The position numbers and the translations under genes are program-made. From positions 161,710 to 225,709 of the forward strand of contig JACPTS010000001.1 in the NCBI GenBank assembly GCA_016192685.1: 64,000 nucleotides of DNA, given 5' to 3'. Source of the DNA: Candidatus Harrisonbacteria bacterium (GTDB lineage Bacteria > Patescibacteriota > Minisyncoccia > UBA6257 > 02-FULL-45-10c). Each line of letters begins with the position of its first letter. Position 1 is the stretch's first letter. A model generated the notes under the pieces. The model ran no database searches, was not told where the DNA came from, and saw nothing but the letters and a program-made list of their open reading frames with translations. This document shows, piece by piece, positions 31,776 through 41,986 of this stretch.

Positions 31776-33461
31776 TTATAACTTAAATTTATAAACCGTA
31801 AACATTAAAAGATTATCATAGCCATAGATTGTTTTTACAGGGCTTAGGCGCAATTCTTGATTCAAAAATAATTCCAAATCTTCAGCGGCATTAGAATGAA
31901 ATATCGGATTCAAATACGTCTTCCGGCTTGCTTTGGCAAAATAAATATCATAGCCGTCAAATCGGCTAGCGCCGTCTTTTAAAAAATTTTTAAATTGAGT
32001 TACCGTAAAACTTGGGAAGCCGGAATAATACGTGCGCCTGGTAAAAACCCAAAGCCGCGGCGACAAAGCTATATTTTCATCATAAATAATAATGGTTGAT
32101 TTTTCGCTGGCCGGAATCCGCCGGGCGTTCATTTTAAGAAGGCGGTCTAAATGCGGATTGGAAGAAGCCGGAATGGCCAATGACCGTTTCTGGCCCAATT
32201 CAACATCAAAATAATGGTCTAAAGCAGCTATCCCAAAATCCGGAAAGGTCAGAAAAATATCAATCGCAAAAAATAATTCGTAAGCCAAAAAGGTAACCAA
32301 TAAAATCTTAAATAGAACTTCTTTGTGGAATTTAGAATATAAATAATCAAAAAAGTAAGCAATAAGCATAGCCGCGGGCGCGGCATATAAAACGATAAAG
32401 CGGAATGCCGAGCCGATTTTAATAAGCATTAGAGTAATAAAAATAAAATTAAGCAGCCAAAAAATTAAATAATTCTCATTGGTCTTATTAGTCCTATAGG
32501 ACTTATAGGTCCGATAAGCCGCCCAACCGATCCCAGTTAAGGCCGCCAAAAGAAACGGAATAGAATACATCAATGTCAAATTAGAAATAATCTCCGAAAA
32601 GGGGTCTTGAATTTTTCCTAATGACGCCCGCCATTCAGGAGTTGGCTGATTAAATACATACGCAAACTGCAAATCAAAATGGCCAACCGTCTGCCAAAGA
32701 TAAAAATTGTAAATCAAAACTGGACTAAACAATAAAAACGCTAAACCGAAAGCGGAGAACAAATAGGCCCAATCAGTCCTATCAGACCTATTGGTCCAGT
32801 AAGTCTTATAAGTCCAATAAGTTAGATAAACCGGCACCAAGAAAATACTCGTGTATTTTGTTAAAAAAGCAAGGCCGAGCGTCATGCCGAATAGCCACCA
32901 ATCTTTGGAGGTTCGACCTCCATTGGAGGTCGAACCTCCCCAAAGTTTAAAAAAATAATAAATGTTTAAAAGGATGAAAAAAATCTGGACTGATTCAAAT
33001 AAACTGGAACGGGAAATCCAGATATGAATCAAACTGAGAGAAAGCAGCAGAGGCGCGAAAAATTTTGACAATGAATTTATGAAAACTCTCTCTGATAATA
33101 GATAAACCAAATAAATTGATAAAATGCCGGCAATCGCCGACGGCAAACGGGCGACAAAAAGCGAATTTCCAAAAATTTTAAAAAATAGATTCTGGATTAA
33201 AAAAAAGAGCGGAGGATGGTCATGAAAGGAAAGATGCGTCCACCAAGGCAAGACCGCTGCGTCTTTAAACCATTGGATCGGCGCGGTTTGGTCGTCATTT
33301 TGGATATAATCCAGATAGCCGATGGAACGAAATGCGGTAAAGCCCTCGTCGTGGTAAAATTCCGAAGAACCAAGCCCCCAAAATCGCAAAAGCGCGGCTA
33401 AAAAAAGAATCGCGATTAAGACCTGTTTTTCGGTAATTTTATATCCAAAGATAGTAAACAT
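31776..33461 (-). CDS. ArnT-like membrane glycosyltransferase
   Basis: HDE motif, FHDHPPL, ARLP, LTKY. Confidence 0.8.
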   Translation of the reverse strand: MFTIFGYKITEKQVLIAILFLAALLRFWGLGSSEFYHDEGFTAFRSIGYLDYIQNDDQTAPIQWFKDAAVLPWWTHLSFHDHPPLFFLIQNLFFKIFGNSLFVARLPSAIAGILSIYLVYLLSERVFINSLSKFFAPLLLSLSLIHIWISRSSLFESVQIFFILLNIYYFFKLWGGSTSNGGRTSKDWWLFGMTLGLAFLTKYTSIFLVPVYLTYWTYKTYWTNRSDRTDWAYLFSAFGLAFLLFSPVLIYNFYLWQTVGHFDLQFAYVFNQPTPEWRASLGKIQDPFSEIISNLTLMYSIPFLLAALTGIGWAAYRTYKSYRTNKTNENYLIFWLLNFIFITLMLIKIGSAFRFIVLYAAPAAMLIAYFFDYLYSKFHKEVLFKILLVTFLAYELFFAIDIFLTFPDFGIAALDHYFDVELGQKRSLAIPASSNPHLDRLLKMNARRIPASEKSTIIIYDENIALSPRLWVFTRRTYYSGFPSFTVTQFKNFLKDGASRFDGYDIYFAKASRKTYLNPIFHSNAAEDLELFLNQELRLSPVKTIYGYDNLLMFTVYKFKL

Positions 33462-33494
33462 ATAAATAATATAAGTCCAATGGCCCCCAAAATC

Positions 33495-33521
33495 AAAACC
33501 CCCCGCAAAGCGGGGGGTTTT
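33495..33521 (-). terminator. Intrinsic terminator of S-layer-like gene
   Basis: aaaaccccccgc-aaa-gcggggggtttt hairpin with T tract. Confidence 0.85.
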
Positions 33522-33554
33522 GTAATCTCTAGATTATCTCAAGTAATTTAGAAA

Positions 33555-36500
33555 CTATTTAGACAAAGTGGTAGCGGTCATGTTCGTTGCCGGTAATCCA
33601 GTCACGCCATAACCATTGGTCCAGTCCAGATTGTACTGGTACTGAAGATTAGATTCATTGGATGAAGTGGATCGCGGCGACCAAATAAAGTCGTTTTGAC
33701 CGTCACTGTTTATCGTGCTAGCTGAACCAAGAGTACCAGCAGTTACGCCACCACTGCCAACATATTGGCCAGGAGTCAAAGTCGGATAAGCCGAGTCGCC
33801 TTCCAACTGAACGCTAAGGTTTTCAGCAGTTCCAGAAGGAGCGAGTGTGCCAACCGAACCTCTTAATTCAAACCAGCGGGATTCGCCGGAAGGAATCTTC
33901 ATAGTAGTGGTGCCTAAGGCACAACCAGTTTTGTCCGGGAAGATTTCCACAAGCGCGGAGCCTGTTCCAAGATTTCCGCCAGTAGCAGCTGATGCGCCAG
34001 ATGTCCTGCCATTGTAGCAATTCCCAGCGTTAATCAAACCGCCAGCATTGTTCGCTCCGCTAAAATCACCGTCTGGAGAACTATATCCGGAATCAGTGAA
34101 AGCGTAAAGCGAAAACTTAGTGGTAGTAGCATTGGAACTTGCCGCTGTTGACGAAGATACGCTGAAAGAAAGCTTAAACAAGTTAATGTCTCCTTGTTTA
34201 GCAGTTATCTTAAAGCGATAGAGCGGCAAGCCATCCTGCGCTTGAAGGGTCTTGTTCGCAAGAGTGCCAGCTTCAAACGTCGGATAAGCTCTCATAATCC
34301 TAACACCGGTGGAAGAGGCAAGAGCGCTGGTCGGAGTAATTGTCTGACCAGAAGAAAGGCCGGTTCCATAGTTAGAAGTGAGGCCGCCGCCGCCGTCATA
34401 GTCAACTTTCAATAAATCGCCAGATTTAACGAGCGGACCAGAAGCGGAAATTCCAGCAAGAGTTCCTTTGACAGTCAAAACTTTAGAACCGTCTTTTGGA
34501 ACTGTGAAGCCGGTAATGGTCGTAGAAGTAGCATTGTCGTTACTGGAGAAAGTGGCAGTGCCAAGCTTGGTAGCTCCATCCCACAAAGTAACTTCTTGGT
34601 TAACTAAGTCAACCGGAGTGTTAGAAGCGCCATCGCTCAATATCAGAGTCAATTGTTTGATGGAAACATCTTCATTAGTAGCGCTGTACTTCAAACGGGA
34701 CAACGTTACTGTTTCGCCAGGAGAAGCAACTAGATAATTCTCTGTAGCTTCCAAGGTAACCGCGAAACTGCCATTGGTTGTCGCCGACATCAATTGGCCC
34801 ATATTATCGTTTTCCGTTACAGTGGCGCTCTGTCCGGATACCAAACCAGTTGGCGACGGAGAAGAATCGCTATCATAACCCCAACGATAAGAACCAGTGG
34901 CCGCGGATTTCAAATCGCACTTCAAAGACAATTGCTTGGTAGCTCCCTTGGTAAGGGTCAAGCCAGTGCCGTCAAAAGTAAACGAAGTGGAAGAACCGCG
35001 AGCCGAAGGATTGACCACGTTACCGCCAGTGGTAAGCAAGGTCGCGCCATCATAAAGTTTGCAGTTAGTTAAATCAGTCGCGCTGCCGCTCGGAATATTA
35101 TATTCCAATGGAAGCGAAGTTAACCGCAAATCTTCACCGGATGCCGCCGTATCCAAGATATACTTGGCAAACTCAAACTGCTGAACGCCAGCAATAACAG
35201 TCTGCGCGATTGGCACAGACGAAACACTGACAGTCATTGCCGGACCTTTGGCAGTCATAGTCTGGCCCGAAACTTTAGAAGTCGGGCTAGGAGTAACTGT
35301 AACGCCAGTAGCTTGGCCAGTTACCGTACCCCAGTCACTGGAAGGAGTAGTAGAAGCCACAATCGTGTCGTTATTTTCAAACGCAGTTGTGCCAGCTGCT
35401 AATTTACCAACCATTTTAAGTTTGGTAACGCCAACCGGGAAGGTAATCGTATCAGTGAAAGTCAAGTTGGCTGTTCCAGCAGTATCCAAAGCTGTTGAGC
35501 TCGGATCAACCGGACCGGCAAGAGTCTTGCCAGTAGCCGCATCAATAAGCTTTACATTATCTAAGTCATCTAGACCAAGACCGGTAGTACCGGAGCTTTG
35601 CGTAAGCGTAATGTGCATTTTTATACTGCCAACAGAAATCTGTTCACCTTTAACATCAACTGACCATCCGCCTAACGGCTGATCAGCCAAGTTAATGGCG
35701 ATATTTTGAGCCGCCACGGTGTTATCCGCGCTAACGGTCATAGTTCCGGTAGAAACCAAGACCTGAGCCGCGTCATACCATGGGTCTTCTGTGTTGCTGA
35801 AAGCGGCCGTATCATCGGTCGGATCAGTTGACCCGGTTTGCGGAGGAATAATGCCATAGCCATAGGTTTCGCCTACGACAAAGAGATCAGTCCTTTTCGC
35901 AAGATCAAAGTCAATTGTCCTGGATGATCCGCTGACAACGTCACCTTTGAGATTGACTTCTTTATTAAAGCCCTTGTCAATCAAGATACCGCTGCCTGGG
36001 AAAACTGATGAATAATACTTCCCATCAGAACTTATAGTAGTGTCGTAGGAAGTACCATCAACAACGGTTTTCACATTGCCCAAATCCGAAGATCCGGCAG
36101 AACCGGTTTGATTCCAACGGATAGACTTCAAATAGACTTTTTCGGCAGAGCCGGCAGTAACTTTAACCGAAGAAAAGGTGTAACTCGTGGTACCAATTTC
36201 TTTGGTTTGGCTAGCGCCTGGATCTAACGGGCCACGAGCCATAGTAACGCTACCAATTGTTAAGGTTTCGTTAATGGTATGAGTGGTTCCAGTAAGAGGC
36301 AAAGCGCCATTTACGGCTGCTGAGGTATTAACCGCAGTTACCCGCAAAGCCAAAGTCTGGCCTCCATAAGAGCCGCCGACAGCTGCGCGATTTGCCGCAA
36401 CCGTTACAACTTTAGTGGTACCGGCTGCTACTTTCATTGACTCGCCAACTGTGGCTTTATGCTCGGAACTTAAAGTCTTTTTAAGGCCAAGCTGGTTGCC

Positions 36501-37193
36501 AGCATCATCTAATAAGAGAACGCTGTCCAAAGCCGCGTCAGCAGCTAAACCAGTTCTTTCTACTGTTAATCCGGTAACAGTTACATCGCCGTCAGCAGAA
36601 GCAGTCAAGTAAACCTTAGTAAAAGGAATTCTTGCCGCATCGCCAGGAGCGAGAGTCGCTGTTGGCTGGTCTGGAGCTAACGTTACCGTTAATCCAGTGC
36701 CTTGCGGTGTTACTACCACCACTGGAGCTGGCGTTGTACCGCCAGTTGTTGGAGCTGGTGCTGGAGCCGCTGCCGCGCCGCCCATTTTCGCCCGAGTTCT
36801 CGGACCAAAATATCCGGCTGCCGGAGAAACTCCGTTCGCGGCCTGCCATTTGGCAAGAGCTTTCTTGGTTAGAGAACCGAAGGTTTCGGTTTCATTGCCA
36901 GGAGAGCCTGCGCCGCTATATTGCTGTAAGGCCTTGACTGCCGCTCCTTTGCTGCCGAGGGTGAGGTCCCCAGAAGAGGTAAGGGTAGCGGAAGCAGTGC
37001 CTGTTCCAGCTGATTCTTGAGCTGCTAATTGAGTTTGCAAGTTAGCGATTTGCGCTAACAAGGCTGCAATTTGCTCTTCCAAAGTTGCTCCGTGAGCAGC
37101 CATTGGAAGCAAAGTTCCTGCTCCGGAAAGGGAAATAACTGTCGCAATTGATACGACAGCTGTAGAAACTTTGTTAATTAATTTATTTTTCAT
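33555..37193 (-). CDS. Large secreted S-layer-like protein with N-terminal peptidoglycan-binding domain
   Basis: 1212 aa, signal peptide, coiled coil, LTLGSKG/GYFGPRTRA PG-binding motif, T/S/G-rich beta-rich body, SD GAGGAAAGG, strong terminator. Confidence 0.7.
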   Translation of the reverse strand: MKNKLINKVSTAVVSIATVISLSGAGTLLPMAAHGATLEEQIAALLAQIANLQTQLAAQESAGTGTASATLTSSGDLTLGSKGAAVKALQQYSGAGSPGNETETFGSLTKKALAKWQAANGVSPAAGYFGPRTRAKMGGAAAAPAPAPTTGGTTPAPVVVVTPQGTGLTVTLAPDQPTATLAPGDAARIPFTKVYLTASADGDVTVTGLTVERTGLAADAALDSVLLLDDAGNQLGLKKTLSSEHKATVGESMKVAAGTTKVVTVAANRAAVGGSYGGQTLALRVTAVNTSAAVNGALPLTGTTHTINETLTIGSVTMARGPLDPGASQTKEIGTTSYTFSSVKVTAGSAEKVYLKSIRWNQTGSAGSSDLGNVKTVVDGTSYDTTISSDGKYYSSVFPGSGILIDKGFNKEVNLKGDVVSGSSRTIDFDLAKRTDLFVVGETYGYGIIPPQTGSTDPTDDTAAFSNTEDPWYDAAQVLVSTGTMTVSADNTVAAQNIAINLADQPLGGWSVDVKGEQISVGSIKMHITLTQSSGTTGLGLDDLDNVKLIDAATGKTLAGPVDPSSTALDTAGTANLTFTDTITFPVGVTKLKMVGKLAAGTTAFENNDTIVASTTPSSDWGTVTGQATGVTVTPSPTSKVSGQTMTAKGPAMTVSVSSVPIAQTVIAGVQQFEFAKYILDTAASGEDLRLTSLPLEYNIPSGSATDLTNCKLYDGATLLTTGGNVVNPSARGSSTSFTFDGTGLTLTKGATKQLSLKCDLKSAATGSYRWGYDSDSSPSPTGLVSGQSATVTENDNMGQLMSATTNGSFAVTLEATENYLVASPGETVTLSRLKYSATNEDVSIKQLTLILSDGASNTPVDLVNQEVTLWDGATKLGTATFSSNDNATSTTITGFTVPKDGSKVLTVKGTLAGISASGPLVKSGDLLKVDYDGGGGLTSNYGTGLSSGQTITPTSALASSTGVRIMRAYPTFEAGTLANKTLQAQDGLPLYRFKITAKQGDINLFKLSFSVSSSTAASSNATTTKFSLYAFTDSGYSSPDGDFSGANNAGGLINAGNCYNGRTSGASAATGGNLGTGSALVEIFPDKTGCALGTTTMKIPSGESRWFELRGSVGTLAPSGTAENLSVQLEGDSAYPTLTPGQYVGSGGVTAGTLGSASTINSDGQNDFIWSPRSTSSNESNLQYQYNLDWTNGYGVTGLPATNMTATTLSK

Positions 37194-37504
37194 AATCTTT
37201 TTTTGACCTTTCCTCTTGAACTAAATTTATCGACGATTTAACCCAAGAAGAAATTTTTTAGTTATTAATTTGTTAATTTTACGTTTCAAAAATTATCCCT
37301 TTTTACTGTCCCCGCTAAGCGGAGCCGACCCCAGTAAAAGAATAATCTGATATCTAAATGAAAAATCTCGCTTTTGAGCGAGACTGAATTCATTAACTGA
37401 CAACTAACGACCGACGACAAACAACTTTAAAAGTCGTTAGTCGTAAGTTATTAAGTCGTAAGTCAATTTTTCGATCCAGCCTCACTCTGAATCTCTACTT
37501 TTTT

Positions 37505-37533
37505 AGTATATAACTTTTAGCCTAAAATCTCAA
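37505..37533 (-). promoter_or_regulatory. Sigma70 promoter of S-layer-like gene
   Basis: TTGAGA-N17-TATACT; implies ~300-nt leader. Confidence 0.5.
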
Positions 37534-37591
37534 AGCTAAATTGTGTATAATAGGAGACTTTTGGGCTTCAGAATATATAACGATATTGGAG

Positions 37592-38236
37592 CTAATTTAT
37601 TACGCTTTGAACAGCTGCCTTATAATAGCTTGCCGGTCCCCCATTGCCTACTCTTTCAATTACCCCTTGTTCACATAATCTTTGCAGGTCATATCTTAGG
37701 GTTCGTTCGCTAACATCCGGAAATTCAACCAATAAATCCTTAAAGCGGCAACCATTGCCGGATTTTATCCTATTTATGATTGCCGATTGCCGAATTGCCG
37801 CATTTAAACCATTGTTGTTTACTTTTGATTCTGAATCTAAGGACTCTTCTTTCTTATTATTTTCTTCTGGCACTTCTGGTAATCTAGCTCTAAAAAATGT
37901 CTCTAAATCAGGCAATACTTCGTTTAAATTGCCGGATTGCCGAATTGCCGCATTAAGGCTATCTAATTCCCTAACTAAAATCGTGGCGTTGACCGGCTCT
38001 ATTTCATAAATAGAATGGCCAAGGCGGACTAAGCCGTCTAGAACTGAAATTGTAGCCAGTGCCTTGTTAGCGTTATCCAGACTGCTATCCGCGCTTACCC
38101 GGCTGGAATTTTCTAAAAGTTCCACTGCCAGGGCTTCCAATCGCGAACGCAAATCCTCTCTCTTCACGTACCAAGCTACCCTGATTAAGGCATAAGATAT
38201 TTCGCGGGCCTTATCTCTAATAAATTGCGCGGACAT
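37592..38236 (-). CDS. Protein with C-terminal DeoR-like winged HTH
   Basis: FPDVSERTLRYDLQRL..G.IERVG. Confidence 0.7.
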   Translation of the reverse strand: MSAQFIRDKAREISYALIRVAWYVKREDLRSRLEALAVELLENSSRVSADSSLDNANKALATISVLDGLVRLGHSIYEIEPVNATILVRELDSLNAAIRQSGNLNEVLPDLETFFRARLPEVPEENNKKEESLDSESKVNNNGLNAAIRQSAIINRIKSGNGCRFKDLLVEFPDVSERTLRYDLQRLCEQGVIERVGNGGPASYYKAAVQSVIN

Positions 38237-38282
38237 AGAAATAATTCTATATCTACCGCGAAAGAAAAGTCAACTTAAAAAT

Positions 38283-39050
38283 TTAAATGGTTAATGCCCA
38301 ACTGGAACTCCAAAAAATAAGCCCAGCTAAAATTAAAAAGAAAACCAAGTGCTGGATTAAAAATTCCCGAGAGATGCCGCCGGTAAAATGTTTAAAAAGA
38401 AAATCCGCCAGCGCAAAAGTAAAAAGCAGCATTAAATTAGCCGAACTGATAAAACCGACCGGCAAAAGCGCCGCTGCCCAAAGAAGCTGGGCCACCAGGA
38501 AGGCGGCAACGCCGGCCGCCAAAAGCTCGCGTTTCGGAAAACTAAAAGCGGAAATAAGTTTCAGCCATTCTCGAAAAAGCAAAAAAGAGGCAAAAATTGC
38601 GGCGCCGTATTTCAATAAAAACCACTCGGATTTATCCGACAGGAAAAATTCAATATAAATAGAATAAAAAATCAAAATGGCGGCTAGATAATATAACCTG
38701 CTTCTTTTTATAAAATGATAATTTTTAATTCCCGCCAAAAGATAAAAAATAAAGGCGTATAAAAAAATGCCAGGCCAAAATAAAATAGATTTTTCCAAAA
38801 TCCGCATTCCCAAAATCGCCGCCGGCAATAAAACCAAAAAAGCGTAGCCAGTGGAATAATTTTGAAAAAGCGGCCTGGCGTAAATCGCCGTACTACCCAA
38901 AATAAATAAAAATAACGGGAAAAGACTGAAATCCCAAACCGCTGTCCAGGCCAGCAAAGTGCCGAAAATAATACTTTTAAGAAGTAGCAATAACCGGTTC
39001 TGGTGCGCCTGCCACTGATTTTGTAAGGCTGATTTTAGCTTTTCCGCCAT
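38283..39050 (-). CDS. Multi-pass membrane protein
   Basis: 255 aa, ~8 TMs; start uncertain (overlaps clpB end). Confidence 0.7.
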   Translation of the reverse strand: MAEKLKSALQNQWQAHQNRLLLLLKSIIFGTLLAWTAVWDFSLFPLFLFILGSTAIYARPLFQNYSTGYAFLVLLPAAILGMRILEKSILFWPGIFLYAFIFYLLAGIKNYHFIKRSRLYYLAAILIFYSIYIEFFLSDKSEWFLLKYGAAIFASFLLFREWLKLISAFSFPKRELLAAGVAAFLVAQLLWAAALLPVGFISSANLMLLFTFALADFLFKHFTGGISREFLIQHLVFFLILAGLIFWSSSWALTI

Positions 39051-41703
39051 GTTTTAATTCGCCCTTAATAATCTTATCCGCCATTTTATCTATAATCACT
39101 TTTTGAATCAAACGCCGGAGCGGCCGGGCACCGTATTCCGGGCTATAACCATTTTCTATTAAATAATTTTTTAATGAAGCATCAATAACCAACTTCATTC
39201 CTTTTTCTTCAATCCTCTGCCTTACTTCTGCCAGCTGTTTCTCAACAATCGCTTCAATATCTTTTTTCTTAAGCGGATTAAAAATGATAATTTCGTCAAT
39301 CCGGTTCAAAAATTCCGGCTTAAAACTGTTTTTTAGCTCTTCCTGGATTTTTTCCTTAAAAACCCGACCACGCTCTTCCTGCTCGCCATCGCCGCCGCTA
39401 ATGGCATTAGCGGAAAAACCCAAATTAGCCATTTCTTTTAAGTAATGGCTGCCGACATTGGAAGTCATGATAATAATAGAATTTTTAAAATTCACTATCC
39501 GCCCCTTGCCGTCGGTAAGGCGCCCGTTATCCAAAACCTGAAGCAAAATATTAAAAACTTCCGGATGGGCTTTTTCAATTTCATCAAACAAAATCAAACT
39601 ATACGGGCGGTGCCGGACAATTTCCGTCAGCTGGCCGCCTTCTTCATAACCGACATAGCCGGGCGGCGAGCCAATCATCCGGGAAACCGCGTGCTTCTCC
39701 ATATATTCGGACATATCAATCCGCACCAGCGACTTTTCGTCATTAAACATAAATTCCGCCAGCGCTTTTGCCAGTTCGGTTTTACCGACCCCGGTCGGGC
39801 CGAGAAACATAAATGACCCAAGCGGACGATTTTCATCCGAAAGTCCCGCTCTGGCGCGCCGCAAAGCGCTGGATACCGCGCTGATTCCTTCTTTTTGGCC
39901 GATGACTCTGCCGGATAAAACCTCTTCAATTTTTACTAATTTTTCCCCTTCGGATTCCAGCATTTTCGTTACCGGAATACCGGTCCAGCGGGAAACCACC
40001 AGCGCCACATCTTCTTCATCAACGCTTTCTTTTAAAAACCGCTCAGCCCTATCAGCCCTATCAGACTTATCAGACTTATCAGACTTATTAACCTTATTAG
40101 ACTTATCAGTCCTATTAGACCAACCAGACTTATAATTCCGATTCTCAAAATTCTTGAAGTTTTTCTCGGCCAGCGGCAATTGGCCGTAAAGAATCTGGGC
40201 GACCCTTTCTAAATTGCCTTCCCGCTCGGCCACTTCCGCTTCCCGCTTTAAATCTTCAATTTTCTTCCGCAAATTATGCAAATTTTCAAAAGCGATTTTT
40301 TCCGCGTGCCATTTCGCCGATAAATCGTCATTTTTTTCTTTTAGCTCCGCGATTTCTTTTTCTACTTCTTTAATCCGCTTTTTGCTTTCGGCTCCGGTTT
40401 CTTTCAAAAGCGCTGACCGCTCCACTTCCAGGCGAGTAAGCGCCCGGCGGACTTTATCAATCTCACCGGGCAGGCTTTCCGTTTCTAAACGCCGCGCCGC
40501 GGCCGCTTCGTCCACCAAATCAACCGCTTTATCCGGCAAAAACCGGTCGGCGATGTATCTCGCGGATAAATTCACTGCCGCCAGCAAAGCCTCATCGCTG
40601 ATCCTAAGGCCGTGATGAATTTCATATTTTTCTTTAAGGCCGCGCAAAATCGTCAAACTGTCTTCCAGATTCGGCTCTTCCACTAAAATCGGCTGAAACC
40701 GCCGTTCCAAGGCCGGGTCCTTTTCAATATGCTTTTGAAATTCTTTTAAAGTAGTGGCGCCGATCGCGTGCAGTTCGCCGCGGGCTAAAGCCGGCTTTAA
40801 TAAATTAGAAGCGTCCACCGCGCCCTCTGCCGCTCCGGCGCCTACTATCATATGTATTTCATCAATAAAAAGAATGAGCCGGCCAGCCGCGTTTTGAATT
40901 TCTTTTATAAAAGCTTTTAAGCGGTCTTCAAACTCGCCGCGGAATTTCGTGCCGGCAATCAAAGAACCGATATCCAGCATTATAATTTCTTTATCCTTTA
41001 GGGGCTCGGGAACATCTCCGGAAACAATTCTTTGCGCCAATCCCTCAACAATCGCGGTTTTTCCAACGCCCGGCTCGCCGATTAAAATCGGATTATTTTT
41101 TGTCCGTCGGGAAAGAACTTGGATTACCCGCCTTAGCTCTTCATCGCGGCCGATTACCGGGTCTAATTTTCCATCGCGGGCTTTGTCCGTAAGATTGATG
41201 GCGTATTTATCCAAAACTTGAAATTTGCTTTCCGGCGTCTCATCGGTAACCCGCGTAGAGCCGCGAAGCTGGGCAAGAATCCGAAGCGCCGCCTCTCGTT
41301 TAAAACCGGCCCGCTCCAGTAAAATCTGGGCGGCGGAAGCCGTCTCTAAAATTCCGAGCAGCAAATGCTCACAGGAAATAAATTCGTCTTTTTGGGCCTG
41401 GGCAATTTTGGCGGCTTTATCCAAAACCTGCATCAATTCCTGCGACAAATACAGCTGGCCGACATTGGAAGCGGTAAAAATTTTCGGCAGCTTTTTTAAT
41501 TCTTCTTCAATCTGCTGGTCTAATTTATCCAAATTCACTCCGCTTCGCATTAAAAGCGGCTGGACTAAAGATTGGGTGTCGGGAATAAGCGCCGCCAAAA
41601 GATGGAGCGCCTTGAATTCGCCATGATTTTTTGCAGCAGCCAAGTCCTGCGCATTCTGAAGCGCTTCCTGCGCTTTAATTGTGAAACGATTGAAATTCTT
41701 CAT
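38977..41703 (-). CDS. clpB: ATP-dependent chaperone ClpB
   Basis: Two AAA+ modules ([16 protein letters not shown]), middle coiled coil, GARPL. Confidence 0.95.
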   Translation of the reverse strand: MKNFNRFTIKAQEALQNAQDLAAAKNHGEFKALHLLAALIPDTQSLVQPLLMRSGVNLDKLDQQIEEELKKLPKIFTASNVGQLYLSQELMQVLDKAAKIAQAQKDEFISCEHLLLGILETASAAQILLERAGFKREAALRILAQLRGSTRVTDETPESKFQVLDKYAINLTDKARDGKLDPVIGRDEELRRVIQVLSRRTKNNPILIGEPGVGKTAIVEGLAQRIVSGDVPEPLKDKEIIMLDIGSLIAGTKFRGEFEDRLKAFIKEIQNAAGRLILFIDEIHMIVGAGAAEGAVDASNLLKPALARGELHAIGATTLKEFQKHIEKDPALERRFQPILVEEPNLEDSLTILRGLKEKYEIHHGLRISDEALLAAVNLSARYIADRFLPDKAVDLVDEAAAARRLETESLPGEIDKVRRALTRLEVERSALLKETGAESKKRIKEVEKEIAELKEKNDDLSAKWHAEKIAFENLHNLRKKIEDLKREAEVAEREGNLERVAQILYGQLPLAEKNFKNFENRNYKSGWSNRTDKSNKVNKSDKSDKSDRADRAERFLKESVDEEDVALVVSRWTGIPVTKMLESEGEKLVKIEEVLSGRVIGQKEGISAVSSALRRARAGLSDENRPLGSFMFLGPTGVGKTELAKALAEFMFNDEKSLVRIDMSEYMEKHAVSRMIGSPPGYVGYEEGGQLTEIVRHRPYSLILFDEIEKAHPEVFNILLQVLDNGRLTDGKGRIVNFKNSIIIMTSNVGSHYLKEMANLGFSANAISGGDGEQEERGRVFKEKIQEELKNSFKPEFLNRIDEIIIFNPLKKKDIEAIVEKQLAEVRQRIEEKGMKLVIDASLKNYLIENGYSPEYGARPLRRLIQKVIIDKMADKIIKGELKHGGKAKISLTKSVAGAPEPVIATS
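40042..40124. repeat. Degenerate 9-nt tandem array in-frame in clpB
   Basis: tcagcccta/tcagactta units encoding [26 protein letters not shown]. Confidence 0.9.
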
Positions 41704-41741
41704 CTACTTTTTAGTATAACATTTACATTATAGCAGTAGTT

Positions 41742-41768
41742 TTAGCACTCTGTCAATGGGAGTGCTAA
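41742..41768. promoter_or_regulatory. CIRCE (HrcA operator) overlapping -35 of clpB promoter
   Basis: TTAGCACTC-N9-GAGTGCTAA exact; TTGACA in spacer and TATAAT at 41727-41732 on minus strand. Confidence 0.95.
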
Positions 41769-41775
41769 TCGGCTC

Positions 41776-41917
41776 AGCCGGTAACTCTTTCCTCAACCCG
41801 TTTCGCGAATCCAGCGATTCGCTCACTTGTGCTCGTCGTTTCGTCGCTCGGTTTAAATTAAGAACGAGCGGACCATGCCGAAGCGACTGCGCGGGTTTCG
41901 GAGAAAAGTTACCGGCT
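41776..41917 (-). repeat. Multibranch palindromic element with CGCTGG-loop hairpin
   Basis: Outer stem agccggtaact/agttaccggct; gcgaat-ccagcg-attcgc at 41805-41822. Confidence 0.65.
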
Positions 41918-41986
41918 TCGCCTCTTTATTGGGAAATTTAAAAATAAAAAAACCGCCAAACGAGTTGGCGATTTTTTTCTAGACTT

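Noticed and set aside
31464-37094. DGR template/variable repeat pair
   Set aside because: Copies are identical with no adenine-specific differences, lie at the N-terminus, and no reverse transcriptase is present
34194-41626. Numerous antisense ORFs within the S-layer-like gene and clpB
   Set aside because: Shadow ORFs of long genes; no RBS, promoter or motifs
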